DNA of 54,236 bases from Paecilomyces variotii (lineage: Eukaryota), in NCBI GenBank assembly GCA_004022145.1, contig RCNU01000023.1; one strand, written 5' to 3'. Under the pieces are notes generated by a model, which saw only the letters and a list, made by a program, of their open reading frames with translations, did not search any database and was not told where the DNA came from. Below, one piece after another: positions 26,633 to 39,811 of this stretch (position 1 is its first letter; every line of letters begins with the position of its first letter). The position numbers were made by a program, and so were the translations under genes.

Positions 26633-27812
26633 TTAAGAGCTGGACGCCATAGCGACAACCGCTTTGTCGAAAGCATCCCCTAGGATAAGACGCGCCTCAC
26701 CCAGGAGGATCAAACCGAAAACGGTTCCCAGAGCGATATTGATCAGTAGAGCCTTGCAAACAGCCTTCAGGTACCGGATACGCGAAGACCAATCGAAGCT
26801 GTTCCAGGCATCGAGAATGCCCACGCGGCCACCGCCCAGAATCTCGGGGGTAACCTTGCCGCCAAAGGTACGGTCAAAGGGCACAATAGTCTCATCTTCC
26901 TCAGGCAGCATGGAGGCTGCGATACGTGTGAAGACCATGGTCGCGGGCAGCTCAATCAGGAGTGCGACCGCAAGACTACTCATCATCACCACCATCGCAC
27001 CAACCAGAGCCTTGACAGGAGGGAGCTCGTCTGACACCCAGAGCATGTTGCTGCCATTCGTTGGCTGCAGCACCTTGAAAGCACGGCCCAGGGCCAGCGG
27101 CAGATAGAAGGAAGCCTGGTCCACAAGGCTCCGCAAGGCTGCGACGGGGGCGATCTTCCTCCAGCTGTTGCGGCCGGGAATTCGTTTATACCACCGTTTG
27201 GTCGACGGCTCCGAGATTACGATATGGATCCATGCCATCTCCATGTTAGCCAGGAGAGTCTGCACGATGATCTGGGTGAGAGAACGGCCAAAGTAGGAGA
27301 AGCCGAAGAGGGTCGAGAAGATAGAAGTCAGGAAACTGCTGGCTACCAGCCAGGCTAGGAACATGCTCAGCCCGCGGAAGGTCGACCAGCGACCAGCGCG
27401 AGCACGCAGATGGCGAATCGTCGTGCGCAGCTTGCTCGTGATGGGACGGGCAGGAGGCAGAGGCTCTTCGACATCGCCAGCGGGCTTCGGGGCATTAGGG
27501 TCGGTATCGATTTGGAGATAGATATCGGGGTTCGGGTCTTCCACAGCCGCCAGGGTCGGAATGATCATTCCGCAGGTGTAGTTAGCCTGGAATCAGATAC
27601 GATTAGCATTGTCCGGCAGCGCTCTTGTCTCGTCCGGATATCATGGGACCTACAGTGAACACCACAGCAGCGAAGATGGCGCCTGTGATCAGGAATAGAG
27701 CCCATCCCCATGCCGGAACCTTGACCTGGATACCATTGTCCGGTCCCTCAGAGTACTGCACTGAGGCAGCCTGGATGCCTCGCCGAGCGAGGTGCGATGT
27801 CCAGCCCGTCAT
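26633..27812 (-). CDS. Conserved fungal multi-pass membrane protein of unknown function, 2 exons
   Basis: Exon 1 (MTGWTSHLARRG...WGWALFLITGAIFAAVVFT) is spliced via GTAGGT...TTCCAG to the 311-aa ORF. Several TM segments; motifs ITSKLRTTIRHLRARAG, WIHIVISEPS, SMLPEEDETIVPFDRTFGG. Confidence 0.8.
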
Positions 27813-27993
27813 TGTCGTTGTTACCACTTCTGTTTTGCAATTGCAATGCGAGACGACAAGAGACAGGTTATGGGGGTATCAAGAAAGTGATAGGAAAGGG
27901 AAAATAAATAAACAAATAAAAAAGAGCGAGAGAAAGGTTGATGGATGAAGAGGAGCGGCTCTATTATTAAGTGAGAGTTGAAAGCAGAGCCGC

Positions 27994-28014
27994 GCGTAGC
28001 GTAGCGTAGCGTAG
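27994..28014. repeat. (GCGTA)4 microsatellite
   Basis: gcgtagcgtagcgtagcgtag, read directly. Confidence 0.9.
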
Positions 28015-28763
28015 AGTATCCAGGCAGCCAGACGGGTCGGGGGCTGAGCACAACTCGCCGACTCTCCGTTAACGAAGTAGTCTAGTCGACTCTTTTTTGC
28101 CATCCAACTATCTATCTTAATGGCTGGCCAGACAGCTCTGGCCCCCAAAGGCGCTGCACGTCGCTTAGAGTAGTCGAACTTAAGGAGCGATGTTCGTCGT
28201 TGGATCGAGGCTACAGGGCTTTTCAAGGCTCTGCTGCCTAGGATGTTTATTAGATTACGCTGCATCGCCGACGAGGCTCGGCCCTACCGGAACAGAGAAA
28301 ACTTCCCTATTTGCCGCGATTATTGTTTCTATACATAGGAATCAGCCGTGGTTAATCACAGGTCATACAAAGTACGCGAGCGATGAAAATGTTTTAATCC
28401 ATCTACTATTACTCCTCGTGTTCTCAGTATTATTATTATGTGAGATAGTTGCCACTAACCAACTGGTTGGAGCACTGGTATTGATTACAGTTAACTCCAG
28501 ATCTGAGATGGCCTTCCTTCTAGAATGGAGAATGCAGGATCATCTCAAGTACGATCTACTGCCATTAATGTCCTTGAGGCCCTCGAAATCCTATATACAT
28601 GGTCATGTATTGATGCATAGCATCATGATGCCATTATTGACGATGGACTATCTGCACCTGGACATGACTCGATGACAGCGCTCTCTCTTCAAAAGGTCCA
28701 TCTGGGGTAACTACTTAGTTAGATGATGACATCTACAAGCCTGGATCAGACAGCACAGAGCTG

Positions 28764-28975
28764 CCCGTTCATCCGGAGGGGTCGACAGCTGTGAACAGCG
28801 TGAAGCGAGACATTCCTCGTGCGTGGTTGGTCTGCCCCAGAAACGATCAGCGGATGAACCCCAGAATAAACGATTCCTTTTCAGTTCATTCCTTTCCCTT
28901 CGACCTTCTTGGCGCGCTCGCCCGACACGAACCTGTCTTTTCCCCGGCGGAGGTTTCTCCAGAACCGAGCCGAGG
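28764..28975. promoter_or_regulatory. CSRE/FacB-like and FarA-like motifs upstream of acuH
   Basis: CCCGTTCATCCG (28764-28775) matches YCCRTTNRNCCG. Inverted partial copy CGGATGAAC at 28851-28859. CCGAGG at 28970-28975. Confidence 0.55.
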
Positions 28976-29202
28976 TTTATTACTATTGAGTATAACAAGC
29001 TAGCAGTCGTCGCTTTCGATCGGCATCCCACTTCGCGGCTCTGTCTTAACTATCTATCAAACCCCCAGGGCCCGCGCCTCCAATCGTTTCTCTCTGTGTT
29101 CCTTACCCTTCAGCGTCCTCTGGCATCTGCTCCCTTCCGCGCTGCTTCCTGAGCTTTCCTCTTCCCTTTTCACCTCCACATCCTCGTCACCCCGCAATTA
29201 TC

Positions 29203-30407
29203 ATGTCTTCAACCGCCCCTACGAACCCTCAGGAGGTCTCTGACGAAGTCAGGGCCACAGAGTCCAAGACCGTCAACCAGACTCTGGCGCAGATTCGCTC
29301 CTTCGCCGCGGGGGGCGTGGGAGGTGTCTGCGCCGTCGTGATCGGCCATCCGTTCGATCTGGTCAAGGTGCGGATGCAGACTGCGCAGAAGGGAGTCTAC
29401 TCGGGTGCTATGGATGTTGTGAGGAAGACTATTGCCCGAGAGGGTCTGGCCAGGGTAGGGATGACGCGTGCAAGTCTTTCGGAGAGCACTTCGTTGACAA
29501 TGGCATCTTAGGGACTCTATGCCGGAGTTTCCGCGCCCTTGGTTGGTGTCACGCCGATGTGTGAGTATCCTCCCTTCCCTTGTAGCTCTCTAAACACACG
29601 TTAGCTAACTGATCTCTTGAAGTCGCGGTTAGCTTCTGGGTAGGTCATGCAGCTGCAGCTCTATCGCTATGAGCGACTATTAACCGCACACAGGGCTATG
29701 ACTTGGGCAAGACGATCGTCAGCAATATGTCTGAAGTTCCCGTCAAGAACGGCACTCCCCAGTACTCAATTGGCCAGATCTCGGCGGCAGGTTTCTTCTC
29801 CGCGATTCCAATGACCCTGATCACGGCACCTTTCGAGCGAGTCAAGGTTCTGCTTCAGATCCAGGGCCAGAACCCACCACCTCCAGGCCAGAAGCCGAAA
29901 TACTCTGGCGGTGTGGATGTGGTTCGACAGCTATACAAAGAAGGCGGCATTCGCAGTGTCTTCCGTGGAAGCGCAATGACTCTCGCACGTGATGGTCCTG
30001 GATCCGCTGCGTACTTCGCCGCCTACGAATACATCAAGCGCAGACTCACTCCCAAGGATGCAGAAGGCAACGTTACCGGTGAACTCTCCCTGCCCGCCGT
30101 GTTGACTGCTGGTGGTGCTGCCGGTATTGCCATGTGGATTCCTGTCTTCCCCGTCGACACCATCAAGTCTCAAATGCAGAGTGCGGAGGGCCGGCCGACG
30201 ATCGGAGGCACTATCCGGTCCATCTACGGTAACGGCGGTTTCAAGGCCTTCTTCCCTGGATTTGGACCAGCTCTTGCTCGAGCGGTGCCCGCGAACGCCG
30301 CCACATTGTGAGTTGCCTTTCTGTGATTTTTGTGCTACTCGAAACTAACTATCAACAGCTTGGGAGTCGAAGTAGCGCACAAGCTCATGAACAGATTCTT
30401 TGAGTAA
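29203..30407 (+). CDS. acuH: Mitochondrial carnitine/acylcarnitine carrier, 5 exons including a 17-nt micro-exon
   Basis: Three carrier signatures PFDLVKVRMQ, PFERVKVLLQ, PVDTIKSQMQ; GVSAPLVGVTPMFAVSFWGY; RDGPGSAAYF; RAVPANAATF; ends ...HKLMNRFFE*. Confidence 0.93.
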
Positions 30408-32265
30408 CGAGCGATTGGAGCACGACTAAAGAAAAAAGTGTAGCGATTTTTTTTTTTTTGGAAGACTCTATTCTGTTGGTTGATTCTATGTCCAGCGTCA
30501 GCGTCAGGTTTCTTCTTCTATTCACGGTCTGGACGTCTCCTCCTGTGTCTCCATTTATACCCATCTTGGAGGGCCTTTGACGGATCGGCCACATCTTGTG
30601 GATTATACCCGCTGTCAATATGTTAGCGAGCTACGGGTCATTACTTCTTCCAGTATATATTCATTGGTGATTGATTGTCGTATTTCTTTTCGGCCGGTAT
30701 ATTTGCCTTCTAGATCGTCAGACAGGATCCGTGTAAATAGATTTCGTATCCCAGGCGAACTCATAGTATGTACTATATACGTATATACATCTATCACCGA
30801 ATCAGATCGTTTCTATTAGATCGTCGAATCTGATCTGCCTTGAATGCGTTCCGTAGTTTTCTTGCTATAGTTGAAGGCATAAAATGAACGAAGTACCTAT
30901 AGGGACTGCAATTCTGGCCGCATTCCTGGTCATAAACTGGATCTGGGCTCCCCGTGAATTTATGTATAATCATATCTTTTCACGCGCGAACAAGCATCTA
31001 AATGACACATAGCGATGTGAGACATAACCACAACCCGCCGAGATAGAGATGCCCATCAACGCTGAAGGTATTACAGACGATCTCCTCTGATGCAATAAAG
31101 GAAGATATTTTTCCGAGCGATTTCATTTTCATGATGTCTCCTTTCGAGGTATCAGTGTACGTTGACCCATAGATCATACAGCCCCGAAACCGACGTTAGA
31201 AAGTGAAGGTAGTTTGCACATCCCATTCGTACTTGACTCTTTTTCTGAATGAACTCTTAGAGTGATTCTTATCGAGTACATAGAAGCATGTCACGGTAAA
31301 AGAACCATAATGTTTACCACCATACCCCACACACCATCCACATCATCTAGAGAATAGGTAGTTAAACTTTGACAATGACCTCGGGAGATAACAACCACGA
31401 CCACAACCACAAACGATATAGTATATATTGGTCTACCTACCTAGTGCTACGGAAGTGGCGTCCCGAGGTCCTTTAGCAAAGTTGACGCCATATTAGTGGC
31501 TCCTTCGTGTTCAAACGTGTTTGCGCCCGTGCTTTTATCTCAACCTGCCAAGATAAACGGAGATAAGTGGATGGATTATGCCATGGAATAGAGTCTAGTA
31601 ACTTGCGCAATGGTTCTAATATACCGCAGGACGACAGTGTGTTAATTTCATATTGTTTTTCAGTGGGTGATAGTTTCGAAACTTCTTTCTTCACGCGGTA
31701 CATGTATCAGATTCCATCAATTGTAGGTACCTAGGTAATCTTCGACTTTAGTAGGTCACTGAAAGTTACAAATGCAGACGTATAATATCCATATTCTTTC
31801 GCTAAAATATTCTGTGAGTTCAATGGAGTGAACTACTCGTCGTGCTATCAACCCAAAGTCGACTTCTACAGGAGTCAGGAAACCACACACAACTCAACTC
31901 ACGCTTGATACCTACCTACTTCTCCACAGAATCTCATCGGCCCACCTCTCCAGACGAAATAATGGCGAATACGTGATTGTTATTCAGATCGAGACTAAGC
32001 AGAGATAACCGCCTGGGAGCTATGCGACAAGGCCGTCGCTGGCATGGGCCTCCATCGGGTCGGATCGAGATTGCGCAATTGGATCTAACGATGAGCATCT
32101 GAAACGACATCCAACCCACGTTTCTAGCATCGTTGCATTGGCATGAGGTAGTTCTAGACCTGTTTCTCGAGATGGACTGTGCGAGAGATGCATTTATATC
32201 GTGTCTTCCCTCTTCTCTGTGTGTATTTCCGATAGTCAGTCGTCAGCTCGTCTACAACCAGCAAT

Positions 32266-34349
32266 ATGGCGCTCCCATTCCCTTCAAAGAATAAATCCGA
32301 GGAGAGGAATTCCCACGAGATCGATAGCAGCATCGTCGACTTGGGAAGCTTGAAATTCACCCTCGAAGCTGGTGAAAATTCATCTTTGCCAACCTATCAA
32401 GAAGCCAGTGGTGCTCCGGTCGAGGTCAAATCACCTCTGGGCTACTCTGTCGGCCCAATTACAATCATATGTCTGAATCTGAGTAAGATGATCGGGACGG
32501 GAGTGTTCTCGACTCCGTCCTCGGTGATGAAAGGTGCTGGTTCGGTCGGGTTGGCTTTCATCTACTGGACCATTGGGTATTTGATGGCTTTCAGTAACCT
32601 GGCTGTCTACTTGGAGTTTGCGTCGTACTTCCCAAGTCGATCGGGATCAGAAGTGGTGTACTTTGAACAGTCCTTTCCGCGACCAAAGTATTTCTTCCCG
32701 ACTGTGTTTGCGATGCAGACGGTTGTGCTGTCATTTAGCAGCAGCAATGCTGTCGGTGAGTGGCTCAGCGCCTTGAATTGGTATAATAAGTAAGGAACAT
32801 CCTGACAAGACTGAATGCATCAAAACAGTGCTGGCACAATATTTGTACAAACTCGCGGATTCAACTGGTACAGATTGGGAGTATAAGGGGGTCGCCATAG
32901 CTTCCTACACTGTAGCTGTTCTCTGTAGGTCTATATCTATCCTAACACATCATACTCCTGCGATTGACCAAACACTTCTAACAAAAGCATACAGGCCTCG
33001 CATTCAATACAAAATGGTCTTTGCGCTTCGCAAATGCCATTAGTGTCGTGAAATTCATAACCCTCGTCCTTGTCGGCATCACTGGGCTTGTTGTGCTCGG
33101 AGGCAACACGCGCGTGAAGGATCCAACAGCCAACTTCCGAAACGCTTTCTCGGGCAGTTCCAAAGCCAGTCCATACGGTGCTACGAATGCATTGGTGAAA
33201 GTCATGTTTTCATATGCTGGCTACGAAAATGCATTCAACGTCGTGAATGAGGTCAAGAATCCAGTCAAGACCTTGCGCTGGAGCGCGCCAGTGTCATTGA
33301 CGATAACGGCAGTGCTTTACATCCTTGCCAACGTTGCCTATTTCAGTGCTGCAACGACCGATGAGATCCTCAAGTCGGAGAATACCGCGGCGAGTGTATT
33401 CTTTCAGAATGTATTCGGTAGCGGAGGGGCTTCGCGAGCGCTGAACTGTCTTATTTGTCTCAGTGCTTTTGGCAATTTGCTGGCTGTCTTGATCGGACAG
33501 TCTCGGATGCTGCGTGAGTGTGGAAGGTCAGTCGAATACATACATCCCCATGCGCTAATAGTGGATGCTGACGATACTTATGGGATAGACAAGGCGTTCT
33601 CCCCTGGACTAGCTTCTGGACATCAACTCAGCCCTTCGGAACTCCTCTGGGTCCGTACTTTGTAAAATGGGCATTGACAATCATCATGATTATAGCTCCT
33701 CCCTTCGGCGATGCCTTCAACTTCGGTTAGCTCCAATATAATCTATTTCTTGATCCCGCATTGCTAACTACTCGACAACTCAGTCGTCGATCTCGCCCTA
33801 TACCCGACCTCTTTTTTCACCTTCATCCTAGGCATCGGTTTACTCGTCACCCGTTATCGGCGTAAGAAACTCGGGTTTCCACAAGCCAGTTACAGAGCGT
33901 GGGACGTTGTAGTCTGGTTCTCGATCATCTCTAACCTTTACATGCTCGTCATGCCATGGTACCCGCCAGACACGGGAGCAGATGGCGGAGACGTCAGTTT
34001 CTGGTACGCGACGTATTGCGCCGCGGGTCTTGGAATGTAAGTATAAGTACAATCCCCAGGTCATCACTTCCCCAGATAAACAAAGCCACCTGCTAACATA
34101 CAGTCCAGCATCGCACTGTGCGGAGTATACTACTACATATGGGTAAAGGTCCTCCCCAAAATCGGAAAATACGAACTTCGACAAACCATCATCGAGCTGG
34201 ACGGCGGCGGCTCAACGCATAAACTCATCAGAGTACCGCACAGCGAACTATCTCGCTGGGATGCAGAGCATGACGCGACAGGTCGACTGCGCCATCGGAC
34301 TACTTATGAGGCAAAGTCTGAGGGAACGTATATAACGACTGAGTCGTGA
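32266..34349 (+). CDS. APC/LAT-family amino acid permease, high-affinity methionine permease (Mup1)-like, ~6 exons
   Basis: KMIGTGVFSTPS; YFPSRSGSEVVY; FSYAGYENAFNVVNEVKNP; RECGR|QGVLPW; LVMPWYPP...GGDVSFWYATY. GT-AG introns; stop TGA at 34347-34349. Confidence 0.88.
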
Positions 34350-35345
34350 TGTGGAAAGTACACTTCTCTTTTCTTCTGTCATTGATTGCATGGGCACGAT
34401 TCCTGCTTCGGGATTTACGCCTGCTGATATCTGATTCGCCAATTTTGATAGTTAAACGTGTTTCTAGAACAAATGATTCTCAGTACGTATATGAATGACA
34501 TCTCTGGAATAGTTCGGATTGGTGAACGGGCCAGTAAGTAGGCTTCTAGCGTTGTTTGGTCGATCAGGTTGAATCTTGCAGACTAAGTACTCCACTCTTG
34601 CTTGAAACCGGTTTCTCGAAAACAACATGGACCACAGTCCCGCAAGATGATAATCAAGTTATAGTTGTAATAACAAATGATGAGGTATGGTAGCGTAACA
34701 TAGTCAATGGATATATGTCTGTGACTCAAAGAGTCAATGTTTATTTAGGCCAGCGACAACCACTCCAGCCCCAACATATGAACATCAGCTGTCGTCTCTT
34801 TGTTCACCGCCCATGTAAAGGCGATCTGATCAAGTCTGCTATGAGTAATAGATGACTAGTGACGTTATTACCACGATCCCAAGTCTCCATATCAATGCCA
34901 ACTCTTGATGAATTTAACTATCCACGACGGTGGAGTCAACTGCTCCGGTTTCAACCTACTGGCCAAGTAACCGAATACTACAACAGAAGCCACGAAATGA
35001 TGACCTTTATATCTTACGTGATACGGCAAGAAGATCAAGGGAGTACAATGCGATATTTTGCCATTACTTCTAACTGCCATGATGACAGCTCCTAAACGAA
35101 TGTGGTGGAAACGCTACCACGCCGAGTAAAAGGACTGATCATGCCTATGGTATACAATCATAAATCATCCACGCGGAAAGAGACCGCACCGTAGTCCGTC
35201 GCCAAGGGATATCAAACCAAGCCAAAACACAAACAGGTATTATAGAATATTAGCGTATGATTGTCGACACATTGCGAGCGACGCAAGCCTTCGGACCGGT
35301 AATGAGCCGAGGACAATCTCAAATGGCCACCGATTCGCATTTGCT

Positions 35346-36466
35346 TTACAGGACGAAAAGAGCGGCAAGACCGACAGCACCGGCCATACCACTACCGAGA
35401 GTGGCCATGGGAGCAGCGCCCTGGGAGGTGGAAGATGAACCAGCGCCACCAGCAGCGGTCGAAGCGGCACCGGAAGCACCAGAAGCAGCGGTCGAAGCGA
35501 CACCAGAAGCACCAGAAGCACCAGTCTTAGCAGCACCTGCAGCACCAGAAGCACCAGACTTGGCAGCGCTGGAAGCACCAGAAGCACCAGACTTGGCAGC
35601 GCTGGAAGCAGCAGAGATACCGGTAGAGGCAGCACCAGAGGCACTGGAGGCACCAGTCTTGGCAGCACCGGAGGCATTAGAAGCACCAGAGCCGGAGGCA
35701 CCAGCGCCACCGTTAGGACCGCCAACAACAGTGTAAAGGGTGGTGCTACCGATGGTAGTCGTCTCAGAAGACTTGCCGCTGGTCACAGTAGAGAGGACGG
35801 GCTCAGTGGTGATAGCGCTGGAAGAACCACCAGCTCCCTAATGAACAATTAGCATGACATCTCTTGGCTATTCCACGTTATTAACTTACGGCAGCGCCAG
35901 AAGCGGCAGCAGATCCAGTGGTAGCAGCACCAGTAGCAGAAGCGCTCTCAGAGGAGGCACCGGTACCAGCAGCACCAGCACCGGTAGCAGAAGCAGAAGC
36001 AGAAGCTTCACCGGAGGAAGCGCTGGAGGAGGCGCTGGAGGAAGCGCTAGAGCTTCCAGAGCCAGAGCTCACTAGGGCCCATGTTAGCTACCCCTTTCTT
36101 CCATCCAATAATAAGGTTTGCAGATGGAAGAAACTTACCAACACTGGCACAGTGCTGAGTAGCAAAGGCGACAGCAGCCTGGACATCGTCACCAGGGCAA
36201 GCCTGCTGGGTGCAGTCGCGAACACCGTACTTGAAGTCCTGGTTATTGCACAGGCAGTTGCTGTCATTCGCGCTGCAACCCAGAGAAGGAGCAAGGGCCT
36301 TCATGTTGTTCAGGCACATCTCCTACAGCAGTATATCAGCATTGAGCCTCCAATTGACGGATCCGCAGGATCATGTTGACCGACATACAGCACATGAAGA
36401 AATGGACGTGTCGGCCAGACCCGAGGCAGCGAAGAGGGCAACGGAGAGAATGGTAGCAGTCTTCAT
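35346..36466 (-). CDS. Secreted GPI-anchored CFEM-domain cell-wall protein, 4 exons
   Basis: Signal peptide MKTATILSVALFAASGLA; 8-Cys CFEM (SSCA|EMCL...GCSANDSNCLC...VRDCTQQAC...HC); Ser/Ala/Gly stalk; hydrophobic GPI tail QGAAPMATLGSGMAGAVGLAALFVL*. Confidence 0.92.
35450..35705 (-). repeat. Imperfect 27-33 bp tandem repeats encoding the SGASSAAK stalk
   Basis: gcaccagaagcaccagacttggcagcgctggaa occurs twice, plus degenerate units. Confidence 0.8.
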
Positions 36467-39400
36467 GATGACGGTGGGGATGTAGATCCGAAGCTAGACA
36501 GTAACAAAGATGAATGGATGAATGGATGATGGTAAGGCTGTAGAGTATAATGAAAAATACCGCGCAGAGCAGAGAAGACAAAGCTGGGTGATCGACTAAG
36601 TTAACTGACTGACTTGGGATGGAGAAGAAAAGAAGAGCAAAGCGAGGGGTGTTGGAAGGGTTAAAAAGCTCCTTCTCAACGCCTTCGGGGAATTTCCATC
36701 TGCATCACTCCTGCCAGTCCGCGGCTCCACGGCGCTTGCCCGCATCATCATGTCCATTTCCTCGTCTTCACGGTAAGTATCTTCTCTACTCTCTCTCTCT
36801 CTTTCTCTTTCTCTTTTTTTCCCGCAGCTGAATCGTCATAGCTTTTCTGATCTGGCCCACTGGCACAGGCACCATGAGGGCCGGTGGCTGATCCAAGCAG
36901 CCAGCGGGCGATCCGTTCAGATAGAACTTTGTTTAGTCCAGATACGATCGACAGACAGTCCTGCTGGCTCCAGTCTCCCTGACGTATCTGGACCTTCAGC
37001 CTTTGTCTTGTCCAACCGGGCACGGGTCGTCTGCTGTGGATGAGGAGCCACAGTGAGGTTCCCCGAAGACCTTGCTAGCTGGCCGTGTCTAAGTACTACT
37101 ATCAAACTTACCTTCTGCCAGATCAAGCGGGTCTTGCCCACCGGACAATCTGGGCTCAGAGCCTCAGACTCTTCATGACTGTCATGACAACAGTACGTCA
37201 GTGGAGATGGCCTCACCTTGATTCTTCTGTGTCCATTGTGCGCCACTGTGCGTCGAGAACCCCGAGCAGAACCCTGAGCACAACAAACCTGCGCAGACGC
37301 GACAAGCATTCGATTATTGAGCTTGCGCCACACTTGTCCTCCCCTTGGCAGGATCGAAAAGTGACCTGTATCGCAACTAGCACCCGTGGCCGACCACGGT
37401 TGCATCGTCCCAGACGCGGGATGCGAGATCAAGACCAAGATTTGCTCACATTTGGAAGCAGCCGATGGATGAGCGCATTCGGTGCGTGTGGCGTCACTAT
37501 GTGGAGATTCTGGATAGCCCATGTGGCTCGACTTGCTCGACGAGTCGACGTCAAGCTCGATGAAATTGCGATGCGGGTTACTGTTGGCTTGCCTCAGCCA
37601 CAGGACAAATATTAGCATTGTGGAGATCAAGTTCGTACCATACGATTACGGACTCATAGCGTCCCCGGAATATCTTAAGGGTCGATCGCTGCTGTTCCGT
37701 GGACCGTCCCTAGTTGCTCCCTAAAGATCGGCCCAGGATGATCTAAGTCGGTCAGGCAGTCTAGAGAGTTCATTAGGCATGAAATAAATAAGCCATTCGA
37801 GATCATTTATACGGGGTTGCCGGCCATCCCGATCACTAGAAAATCCTCCGCAAAGATCCCCGGATAACAAGGTGCTGCAAGAAGCGGACTCATTCCTGGC
37901 ATACAGAGCATCCACGTAGCGTCGGTTAACCGCACGCGAAGCGTTTGGTCTCAGCGAAACCTCTCCTTTGTTTTTATTTATTATTTTTTTTTTCTCATCC
38001 TACTGCTTTTAGTGTGGCTATAGCTTGCTGTCGGCTCAGAATCTTTTCTGAAGTTTTGTCGCGAACGAGCTCTACTATGGTAGAGTATGATCAGCGGTCA
38101 AACTTTTTTTCCCCTGATCCGAAGTTCGATCTCTTGCGCTTTTCTTTTCTTCGGCTACGGCAACACCACGAACACGATCAGTCTCGGTCGTGGCTGGTGT
38201 GGCGGTGCTCACTGCGTCTTAAAGCTGATCTCCCTTTCCTCTGCCTCTTTGGGCATCCGCATCCCGATACTAGTTCGAGAGTATGGGGAAAAGAGTTCAG
38301 TTGGGTTAGGCCTAAAGGAGACTGCCGGACACTACTTGGCACTATCTCCGGTGTTCGTGTCTGTGCGGTTGTCCTTGAAGTGAAACTTACGACGATGACA
38401 GATTCATCTCACATGAGCTTCTAGAGTATGGTAATCTCTGAAGGATCCACTCCGCAGACTTAGCCATTATTGCTCAGCAGTTACAAAATTTTCTTCTAGT
38501 AAATCCATTCCCACAGGTCTCTATGGGCAATTCCCGCTGCAGTTTACTACGCCTAACTTGATTGTTCAGTACTTCGAATGACTGAGGCATGGCAACTATT
38601 CTTGATCAGATACTTCATGGGCGAACGGTACACAGAACAGAGAATCAAGGGTCCTGCCAATGTTTTCTTGAAATGAGCTTCTTCACAAATGGGCGACGGC
38701 ATGTCAACCATTGGTCGGTTTAGCCTTTCCCGAATGTGATATATTGGTGGTGAACCAGTGGACCGTCGCGTGGTCCATCCAACCTACAATAATGAATTCT
38801 TATCGACGACTGGGGATCATTGTTCCGTTCACGAAATAAGCTACGGGCCGAGATATGTGTGAGCTCATGGTGTTACCCCTGAATCATCCTTCCAACTGTT
38901 GCGAAGTCAAAGAGACCCGGGAATTCTCGCCTGAAGATTTGATATTATGTATTATGGTCCTCCTGCCGGCCGGTGCTGACTTCCATAGTCCATACAATGG
39001 CCTTGAGATCCCGAACATCTGGGACAGTCTGACGAGCGGACGCGCTTCTTAGTTTCTCCCAAATTTTCTTACAGAACATTGGTGCTTTGCTGATCACAAT
39101 CACGCATGAACATTTTATTTGGCGGGTCATTGGTGGATCGAACTTTTTCATATTTCTATTGGCCTTGAGGCTTCTAGATAGATTCGATGTTTTCCAAGAG
39201 TATTGTCCCCAAAGAAGACACCGTTCTCCAAATATTTTCCCGCGCAGATGAGGTAGTGAAGCCGGTGTGGAAACTATGCAGTCGTGCCGCGTGGACCCGT
39301 TGTCGCTAGGAATCGGCCAGCTTACAACATAATAACCGATCTCGTGTCTCGGTTAGAAGGCCTATCTAGAAGTTTTTCTCGGCAATGTCGGTTCGGAGTG

Positions 39401-39811
39401 GCATCTCTAGACTATATTTTTGAGTAATGCTCCCTGCTATTGACCTTCAACTTATCGAAATAATACTACCTCCCGATCGCGATGTAGTATACCATTCTGG
39501 CTGAGACAGAAGTCAAGATGTACTTCTCTCCCACCTTCGGAGAGTAATCGTACGCGCATACTGGCAGACACAGTTGTGATGCTGAGCTGAATGGAAGGTT
39601 GTCAGAACCTGATTGATTTCGCACTATTTTTTGGCACTATGGACAGTGAGATCTTTACCAGTGAGTCGATGTTAGTCTTTGATTTCCTGCTGTCTTCTGT
39701 AACCGAACTTGCTTGTTCCTGCTTCTCAACAGATGATCCATATGGTGCCAGTTTGTTGTTTGATTGATACAGGAATGACCATCAACACTTCTCCAAGTAT
39801 CCTGTGATGAC

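Noticed and set aside
35240..35736. ORFs of 159-162 aa with APEAPE or poly-Leu/Val repeats
   Set aside because: Alternative frames or antisense of the CFEM stalk repeats.
36917..37630. 237-aa (-) and 176-aa (+) ORFs upstream of the CFEM gene
   Set aside because: Non-ATG starts, no family motifs, mutually overlapping; treated as chance ORFs.
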